Part shown: piece after piece, positions 57,193-64,000 of the stretch
How positions within the stretch are numbered: the first letter of the stretch is position 1
Layout: each line of letters starts with the position of its first letter
From: a virus
IMG/VR virus record: IMGVR_UViG_3300033182_000595
Location: 1 to 64,000 of that record
Direction: 5' to 3' (one strand)
DNA: 64,000 bases
Position numbers and translations under genes: made by a program
The notes under the pieces: model-generated
Told to the model about the DNA's origin: nothing
The model's database searches: none
Seen by the model: the letters and a program-made list of their open reading frames with translations, nothing else

Positions 57193-57844
57193 GATTAAGA
57201 CCGATGTTCTAGCCGCCGCACTTAAAGAGTATGACGGGAACTACGAAAAGGTAGCTGAGCATTTTGAAACAACCGCAAAGAAAATACGCGAGCGGGTTTA
57301 CCACGACCCCCAGCTTTACTCGGTATGGGTGAAGAATGGCGTTAAGGAAATGAAGCCTGACAGCATAGAGCTTATGGAGCGTCAGCATGAGTATGATGAC
57401 GAGAAGGGAACACGCTTGCTCGAGGCTTTGGATAAAAACAGTAGGTATGTTTTTAATAACGACCTAGAGAGTATTCTTACAAATAAAGACAATGTAGAGA
57501 AGCTACAGATATTTAAGGACTTCGATGACTCCGTGGGACTACTGATGGCGGAGGCTCTGCGTGTTACACAGAAGGTAAATATTCGTCAGAATATGAGCCT
57601 GTTTGAAGTGACTGAGACACTCAAGGATGCACTTGATGGGGATGATATGGACCCCGAAGAAAGGATACTTCAGACCAGACTATTTCTCCAGGCAACCGAG
57701 CAACAGGGGAAATTCTATGACCGACTACTAAAAGGATTAGAGTTCCAGCTTAAATTAGCCAACGAGAAGGATAAGCGAGAAACCAAGAAGAAGCCAGGCT
57801 TCCGACCACTAAAGGAACTCAAGGATGCCGAAGAAGAAAACTAA
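57176..57844 (+). CDS. Probable terminase small subunit
   Basis: N-terminal HTH, helical, directly upstream of TerL. Confidence 0.55.
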   Translation: MPRTHKIKTDVLAAALKEYDGNYEKVAEHFETTAKKIRERVYHDPQLYSVWVKNGVKEMKPDSIELMERQHEYDDEKGTRLLEALDKNSRYVFNNDLESILTNKDNVEKLQIFKDFDDSVGLLMAEALRVTQKVNIRQNMSLFEVTETLKDALDGDDMDPEERILQTRLFLQATEQQGKFYDRLLKGLEFQLKLANEKDKRETKKKPGFRPLKELKDAEEEN

Positions 57845-59366
57845 GGTAGATCACAAGATACTACTGGAGAAGTTTGCTCCAGAAGTAGAGACCCTAGACC
57901 AAAAGGATACGGAGCCATGGCTGCCATCTTTGACTATCACGCAGAGAAAAATCTTTGATGACCCCGCCAAGTACATCCTTGCATATGGGGAGAGAGGTTC
58001 CGGAAAAACATACTCTTTGGGTGGGCACAAGCTCGTCCGTCATTGCTATGAAAACTTCAATGCCCTAGCACTTATTATCGTTGGTGTTAGATCTCAGGCA
58101 ACTATGGGTGGTGTGTGGCACAAGTTACAAGTAGAGATATTACCTGAGTGGGTGGAGGGTATAGGATTAGTTCACACAGACGAGAGGCAGGATACCCAAA
58201 AGAACTTATATATAGATATCGAAAATCGTTTTGGTGGGCACTCAAGAGTTTGCCTTATTTCCATACCCTATGGTGCTTTTATTAAAGACAGAATTAAAGG
58301 TTTTGAGCCTAGCTTAATTTTCGTGGACGAGCTTACCAACTTGGATACGGATGACTACTTCAATGCAGTCGTTCAGCAGTTGGGTAGACGCCAAGGTATT
58401 CACGGCCCACAACAATATCTAGCGGCATGCAATCCCGACGGGCCGAGCCACTGGGTATATAAAAGATTCTTCGAGGATCCCTACGATGCGGATGGAAACT
58501 GGAATAAGGACTATGCGGTTTATCATGTAAAGATTGAGGACAATATAGATAACCTACCTAAAGGTTACTACGATCGGATTCAGGAAGCAGTCAAGAGTGA
58601 CCCGATTGAGGAAGCACGAATGGTTCGCGGGGAGTGGATAGACCGACCAGCTGGAAATGCTATATTTGGTCCTTACTTTAATAAGGCGTTGCATATCCGT
58701 GGGGACAATAAGAGGGGCATACTCCCTAATAAGAATTATCCAATAGTAGTAGGATGGGACCCCGGCTCTGTAAACAATGCTGTAATCTTTATGCAGACCT
58801 TACCAGGTGCAGATAAGACGATATGGACAGTATTCGATGAGTTTGTAACTATAAACAAGAAGCTACCATACACTACATTGGTTCCATTAGTTATGCGTAA
58901 AATGGCATACTGGAATAGAAAATGTAATCACAAGTTTAATTACATACATGTAAGTGATAACTCAGCATTCAATCAGTTCCGTGCCAAAACTGGGTCTTAC
59001 GATGTAAAAGACATAGAGGAGATATCTAGGACTAAGGCGGAGACCTTTAATATGAGTCCGATTCGCATGCGGGCGGCTCCAAAGTTCAATGGATCAGTAG
59101 AAGCACGGGTAAGATTAACGATAGCTAAGTTACAGTCCGAGGAACTTTTAGTTTCATATCAATGCACCAATATAAGGAAGATGTTCCAGAACTTGATATC
59201 CGAGAAACCAGGTAAAACATACGACCCCAATATAGCATTTAAACCTAAGAGATCAGTTTATGTTCACGCCTTTGATGCAATGTCTTATGTAATTATCTAT
59301 TACGACTCCATGCACTTAGGAAATAGACCCGAACCAAAGACAGAAATCATGGATATTGGGTCTTGA
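57825..59366 (+). CDS. terL: Terminase large subunit
   Basis: GERGSGKT, FVDE, CNP, VGWDPG and HAFDA. Confidence 0.92.
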   Translation: MPKKKTKVDHKILLEKFAPEVETLDQKDTEPWLPSLTITQRKIFDDPAKYILAYGERGSGKTYSLGGHKLVRHCYENFNALALIIVGVRSQATMGGVWHKLQVEILPEWVEGIGLVHTDERQDTQKNLYIDIENRFGGHSRVCLISIPYGAFIKDRIKGFEPSLIFVDELTNLDTDDYFNAVVQQLGRRQGIHGPQQYLAACNPDGPSHWVYKRFFEDPYDADGNWNKDYAVYHVKIEDNIDNLPKGYYDRIQEAVKSDPIEEARMVRGEWIDRPAGNAIFGPYFNKALHIRGDNKRGILPNKNYPIVVGWDPGSVNNAVIFMQTLPGADKTIWTVFDEFVTINKKLPYTTLVPLVMRKMAYWNRKCNHKFNYIHVSDNSAFNQFRAKTGSYDVKDIEEISRTKAETFNMSPIRMRAAPKFNGSVEARVRLTIAKLQSEELLVSYQCTNIRKMFQNLISEKPGKTYDPNIAFKPKRSVYVHAFDAMSYVIIYYDSMHLGNRPEPKTEIMDIGS

Positions 59367-59394
59367 CTTTTTGTAACACTAAAACAAATGTAAC
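59363..59394 (+). promoter_or_regulatory. TTGACT box plus operator site
   Basis: TTGACT ttt TGTAACAC TAAAACAAA TGTAAC. Confidence 0.55.
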
Positions 59395-59398
59395 AAGC

Positions 59399-59653
59399 AT
59401 GCATATGGAATCCATTACCAACTTCGACCTTCAGATGTATCCGGACATTTTAGAGATGCTAGACGGGGTTCAGGTAGGGGATGTAGTTCGCATTTCTGGC
59501 TCCTTTCAAGTCAAGGAGTTGTCCGACAAGCGATTTACAGCCTCCTTTGACGACAGCGACTCAGATATCAGCATCGTAAACAAGAGTGAAGACTCCGAGA
59601 GCGAAGACGATACAGACGAAGAAGAGCCCGAAACTGAAGAAGCTTCCGGGTGA
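59399..59653 (+). CDS. Small acidic protein
   Basis: ATG just after the operator site. Confidence 0.5.
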   Translation: MHMESITNFDLQMYPDILEMLDGVQVGDVVRISGSFQVKELSDKRFTASFDDSDSDISIVNKSEDSESEDDTDEEEPETEEASG

Positions 59654-59948
59654 TTCACAGTATGCGACATCTGCTTCAGTCATTATGGATGCGCATTATG
59701 CGCGTCTGGGCATTAAGAAAAGGTGGAACAAAGAAAGGGTAGATCGTCTATGTGGGTTCTTGAGAATGAACTACGGAGAGATTGCGAGCTTGCTTCATAT
59801 GCCACATGCGGAGTTTGTCAGGAAGATTGTATCCCCTCAGCCACTTGATGGGCCACTATGCTTACTACTTACAATCATCGAGAGAAGATATCTGCATAAC
59901 TACACAAAGGACACAATAGACAACCTATTTAATTTTACCGATGGTTAA
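59586..59948 (+). CDS. Hypothetical protein, Cro-like HTH
   Basis: MNYGEIASLL...GPLCLLL pattern. Confidence 0.45.
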   Translation: MKTPRAKTIQTKKSPKLKKLPGDSQYATSASVIMDAHYARLGIKKRWNKERVDRLCGFLRMNYGEIASLLHMPHAEFVRKIVSPQPLDGPLCLLLTIIERRYLHNYTKDTIDNLFNFTDG

Positions 59949-62205
59949 TAAGGACATACTCAGAAAATTCGGATGCACACAGGAAAGGCTCCGTGAAATA
60001 TTCACCGCAACCGAAGGAGAAGACCTTTCCACGCGTCAGCATTTTCAAGACATGATTCAATCAAGGATACTTGAGGGCATTCGTTCATGTGCGGAGCATG
60101 CTAAGCTGTATATGTCTGTTGATATGGCATGGGATTCACTGCCTATCAATAAGTCTACCATCCCTTTATTGCAGTACGCACAGGGTAAAATTAACCTAGA
60201 TCAGTGCCATGATAAGCTGAACGACTTAGGCGTGGCGGACAAGTTCTGTGAGTATGATGACGAGGGTGAACTGAAGAACATAAATGCACTTAGATTGTAT
60301 GAAGTTTCCGTTAATATTATTAGGTCTTATGTTACTCGGCGTGTTGCTGCTCAAGCTAGTCGATTCTGTAATCTCTTCCCATACTTCAAGTATGAGCCAA
60401 GAAGCACCGCACTCGCAGATAAATTAAGGGCAGATGTCCTATCTCAGCGGGTTGAGATGATGGCTGAGCAGTTTGGTTATCGCCACCAATTTGAGCAGAT
60501 TATTAGACATATGTTTATGTATGGTCACTGCGTAGCATTTCCTGAGACTTCATGGACAGAGGACATACAATGGAGATATGCAAAAGACGATCTTACTGGA
60601 GGGGATGACCTGGAATCTTTTGCAGAGAAAGCGGGAGTTAAGTTTATTACTCCTCACCCAACTAGGGTAATTAGGGATATTTCTCAACCACTGCACGATG
60701 TAAATAATAACCAAGGTCCCGAGTGGATCGGGTACTGGGATATCGTGAGATACGGGGATATCAACAAGAATCCAGCAACATGGAACTCTGATAAGATCAG
60801 TTTCACCAATAGTTTGTCTTCTATATATAATACATACGCAGACTTCTTTGGATACTATTTCAAGGATGACATGACCTTCCCCAAGGTGGGGGATATGTTC
60901 TCAATGCGTAACGAGCGTGTAGCACAAACAGGATTGTATGCCGCAGAGGACGAGGACAAAGGTATGTTTGTTACTCAAATGTATATGCGGGTGAATCCAA
61001 AGCGGGACAAGCTAGGTGATTACCCACATGATGTTTGGCTTAAACTAACCGTAGCTAGTGACGAGACAGTACTCTACGCGGAGTACCTCCCATCGTTGCC
61101 AGCCGTATATGGTGGCATAAATGAGAATGATGATCGCATGGCGAATATATCAGTCGCTCATGAAATCATGCCATACCAAGACCAGTTGACTAATATCTTA
61201 AACTCCATGCTCGAGCAGATGAAGATGAGTATGTTCAAGATATTTGCGATCGACCAAGACGCACTAGATGACGATGTAAAGGAGTATATCAAGAACGCAC
61301 TAGCGGACGATAGCTTCTATGCTAAACCAAAAGCGTTATTCTACTCTGGTCAGAAAGCGGCAGACCTCGGTATCAATAACAATGACTTTATTCGTGTAGT
61401 AGATGTACAGAAAGAACTATCCGCAGGGATCAATCAATCGATCCAGGCTATCCTCCAACTGCTAAATCTCGTTGAGCGTTTGCTGATCCTTTCTCCACAA
61501 GAGTTGGGACAGCCCGCTCCTCGGGAGATATCTGCAACAGAGGTAGCAGAGATTGCGAATACAACTAATAGTATTTACTCATTTATATCTGAGGGCGTGG
61601 ACGACATGCGTTCCGCTATGAAAAAGGTACTCTACGAACACTTAGTTAGTTGCTCTTCAGATTCATTTATAGTTCCAATCAAGGGTAGGTATTCCGAGCA
61701 GATTATTAGAGAAGCTGGATTTGAGGTCGAGACATCTGGTGATCCAACTGCAACCAAAAGAAATGTAATTGGTAGACCATCTAGCTTAATATACGAATAT
61801 TTATTCAGCTCAAGAGATGGAGCAGAGAGAGCAAGAGACACTCAGTCCGCCCAAGTCCTAGGTCAGATATTCATGCAAATATTACAAGTACCAGACATGG
61901 CAAAGTCATTAGGTAAAGAGCGTATATTTAATATGTTCAATGAGATCTTCCGCATGTCGGGGGCTCACGACCTCAAGTTGGAGATAGATGAAGCTGATGA
62001 ACAGCAAGATATGTCCAATGTAGGTAACGAGCAATTTATAACACAACTCAGAGAGCAATGGCCCCAAGTTCTCAAGATGCTGGAAGCTTTAGTCCAAAAG
62101 GAAGCACAGGCGCAACAAGGAATGGGACAACCTGGTTCCCGTCCCGCACCTTCGCAACCTGAGCAACAAGCAATGACATCACCTGAACAACAAGTCCAAC
62201 TATGA
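59941..62205 (+). CDS. Portal protein
   Basis: 754 aa after TerL; SATEV motif; Gln-rich tail as in podovirus portals. Confidence 0.8.
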   Translation: MVNKDILRKFGCTQERLREIFTATEGEDLSTRQHFQDMIQSRILEGIRSCAEHAKLYMSVDMAWDSLPINKSTIPLLQYAQGKINLDQCHDKLNDLGVADKFCEYDDEGELKNINALRLYEVSVNIIRSYVTRRVAAQASRFCNLFPYFKYEPRSTALADKLRADVLSQRVEMMAEQFGYRHQFEQIIRHMFMYGHCVAFPETSWTEDIQWRYAKDDLTGGDDLESFAEKAGVKFITPHPTRVIRDISQPLHDVNNNQGPEWIGYWDIVRYGDINKNPATWNSDKISFTNSLSSIYNTYADFFGYYFKDDMTFPKVGDMFSMRNERVAQTGLYAAEDEDKGMFVTQMYMRVNPKRDKLGDYPHDVWLKLTVASDETVLYAEYLPSLPAVYGGINENDDRMANISVAHEIMPYQDQLTNILNSMLEQMKMSMFKIFAIDQDALDDDVKEYIKNALADDSFYAKPKALFYSGQKAADLGINNNDFIRVVDVQKELSAGINQSIQAILQLLNLVERLLILSPQELGQPAPREISATEVAEIANTTNSIYSFISEGVDDMRSAMKKVLYEHLVSCSSDSFIVPIKGRYSEQIIREAGFEVETSGDPTATKRNVIGRPSSLIYEYLFSSRDGAERARDTQSAQVLGQIFMQILQVPDMAKSLGKERIFNMFNEIFRMSGAHDLKLEIDEADEQQDMSNVGNEQFITQLREQWPQVLKMLEALVQKEAQAQQGMGQPGSRPAPSQPEQQAMTSPEQQVQL

Positions 62206-63572
62206 GCGAAGAAGAAACCGCAACAGAACAAGTAGAAACAACTGAGGAAGCACCAAAGCAGGAGCAGTCCAATCCATTATACAAGACCCTCTTCGATATC
62301 GCAGAGGAAGTAACTGAAGAGGTTCAAGAGGAGGAGCAAAAGGCTCCTATAAGAAATTTATCAGAAGCAGTAGAGGCGGAAGAACCTGTACAGGAAGCTG
62401 TACAAGAAGAGACTGAGCCGGAAGCGGTAGAGCCTGAAAAAACAGAACCTAAGAAAAAGAAGCTACGCAAAGTAGTAGACCCGGATGTACCAGAAGCAGT
62501 AAAGAAGCAACCAGCCTTTCAAGAGCAAGAAGTAGAGGATCACTATATAGATACAGAGGATCAAGAGTTTATGGACTCATTGATTCCTGAAGAAAAGGTA
62601 GTGTACGAAAAAATTCTGTATGCCGACAAGAAACTGGGAGGGGAGTACAAAGGTAAGTCCAAGCAGTTCAGATCGTTCCTTCAAAAGAGCAAGGACTATA
62701 TAGAGAAAAAGATGTCAGAGGATGACTTCTATGATCCTTCTCAGGACGAAGACTATACCAATTTTATTAAAAAGAATCGCCCAAGCTTTAGTCGGGCTGA
62801 TGAAGATAAGGCATACCGTGAGATGATTCTGGAGGAGGCTGAAAAGCGAACAATCAGAAAGACATCAGATCGTATCGCAAACCTGGAGAGACAGTTACAG
62901 AGGTATGAAGTGCAACCAAAGGTGCAACAAGCAAAAGCTAATTTCCGTAAGGTAGCACAGAATACGATAATACCCGACGAATACAAAAAGATGCTAGGGG
63001 AGGGCAAGCAGGAGGATATCCAGAAGTTTGCACAGGAAAATCCATTTGAGTACAAAATACTTGAGAACTTCACTCAGCAGTTACTCACATATAGTGATGC
63101 ACTAACTGATATATTCCTAGATCCTAGCACGCAATTAGACCTGGAGAATAATCCTATTCATCAAGAATTAAATCAGTGGATAGAAAAGGAGCAGGAATCA
63201 TTTATACAATCTGGACAAACCGAAGAAGATGGTAAGTTGTTCATGAGAAGAGAGAGGTACTACTCCCTACCGGAAAACAAAAGGTCTGAGTACTATACTT
63301 GGTCAGATAATGATATCATGAAGATTCTAGCAATCAGATATCAGAATATAGTAAATAATGCTTTAGACCAACAAAAGAAACAGATGGAAGCGGCGGGTTA
63401 CACAAAGGCACAAGTTGCGCAACAACCTGCCCCACAACAACCTAGACCAGTTTCTCAGCCACAACCTAAGCCACCTTCTGTATCTGCAACTCCCAGGCAA
63501 GGCAACACAGTAGATGCTAAGCCAGCTAGTCCTAAACAACAAAATGCACTGCTTGGTGCGTTAGGTTTGTAG
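62202..63572 (+). CDS. Probable capsid scaffolding protein
   Basis: Very acidic N-terminus, coiled coil, Pro/Gln tail; between portal and capsid. Confidence 0.65.
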   Translation: MSEEETATEQVETTEEAPKQEQSNPLYKTLFDIAEEVTEEVQEEEQKAPIRNLSEAVEAEEPVQEAVQEETEPEAVEPEKTEPKKKKLRKVVDPDVPEAVKKQPAFQEQEVEDHYIDTEDQEFMDSLIPEEKVVYEKILYADKKLGGEYKGKSKQFRSFLQKSKDYIEKKMSEDDFYDPSQDEDYTNFIKKNRPSFSRADEDKAYREMILEEAEKRTIRKTSDRIANLERQLQRYEVQPKVQQAKANFRKVAQNTIIPDEYKKMLGEGKQEDIQKFAQENPFEYKILENFTQQLLTYSDALTDIFLDPSTQLDLENNPIHQELNQWIEKEQESFIQSGQTEEDGKLFMRRERYYSLPENKRSEYYTWSDNDIMKILAIRYQNIVNNALDQQKKQMEAAGYTKAQVAQQPAPQQPRPVSQPQPKPPSVSATPRQGNTVDAKPASPKQQNALLGALGL

Positions 63573-63690
63573 ATCCCAAAACATAGTTTTAGCTTTTTCG
63601 GTAAGAGTATAGCAAAACCCCAATATTGGGGAAATTTGCAAAAAAATCGTAGGTTCAATGATTTAGGAGTCTTTTCTGTTATTATTAAGG

Positions 63691-63713
63691 TGTAACACGA
63701 AATTTCGTATAAC
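63691..63713 (+). promoter_or_regulatory. Operator site upstream of the probable capsid gene
   Basis: TGTAACAC GAAATTTCG TATAAC. Confidence 0.65.
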
Positions 63714-63730
63714 ACATAATCAATAATAAC

Positions 63731-64000
63731 ATGGCAACGACAGATCAAAATATAGCTGCGGTACCTACCGCAATCTCTGGACCAACCGGTGGATTATCCA
63801 ACTCAACTCTCATTAGAGATGCTGGCGTAGGTCGCATCATTAAAGTTGATGATTCTACTGGTTGTACACTTACTAACGCCTCCATTAAGGGTTTAACCCC
63901 TGCGGAATTTGAAGCTCTTTCCAATAAGGAAATTGACTTAGCTCGCGTCATCGCAAGCTCTGCCGAAGCAAAAATGCTCGGTGTCCGCGAAAGAGGATTA
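63731..64000 (+). CDS. Probable major capsid protein, 5' part (runs off the window)
   Basis: Open frame MATTDQNIAAVP... to the window end; position after the scaffold. Confidence 0.55.
   Translation, partial: MATTDQNIAAVPTAISGPTGGLSNSTLIRDAGVGRIIKVDDSTGCTLTNASIKGLTPAEFEALSNKEIDLARVIASSAEAKMLGVRERGL

Noticed and set aside
1-64000. Stop-codon reassignment
   Set aside because: Long genes are intact in the standard code, and TAA, TAG and TGA are all used as stops

Overview
The whole 64-kb window reads as one temperate, podovirus-like tailed phage genome in its free (attP) form, standard genetic code, with no host genes. Layout: (1) 1-21 kb (+): tail/fibre genes, candidate ejection proteins, a 3771-aa polyvalent-type virion protein, a metallophosphoesterase and an HNH protein; (2) 21-40 kb (-): a long putative early operon with many small unknowns, a nucleotidyltransferase/ligase, an AAA+ ATPase, a ubiquitin-like PRTRC cassette (E-C-F-B-ThiF) followed by a SNF2 helicase and a RadC/JAB protein, a TGT/DpdA-like enzyme and a second tyrosine recombinase; (3) 39.8-40.7 kb: a non-coding divergence point with a candidate structured RNA and repeat-rich ori/pac-like DNA; (4) 40.7-47 kb (+): accessory genes and tiny basic Cys-rich proteins; (5) 47-54.6 kb (-): replication/recombination (SSB, DnaB, initiator, RusA-like, Cas4-like, SSAP, ParB-like, Xis-like); (6) 54.7-56.6 kb: RHH repressor, attP (3' half of tRNA-Arg-ACG) and integrase; (7) 56.6-64 kb (+): terminase, portal, scaffold and the start of the probable major capsid gene. 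Highlights: the phage-encoded ubiquitin-like conjugation cassette, a shared DxxVPSY N-terminal signal on three dispersed proteins, a 22-bp palindromic site repeated about 12 times at promoters, and a candidate ~500-nt structured RNA. All family assignments come from motifs recognised by eye, not from database searches.
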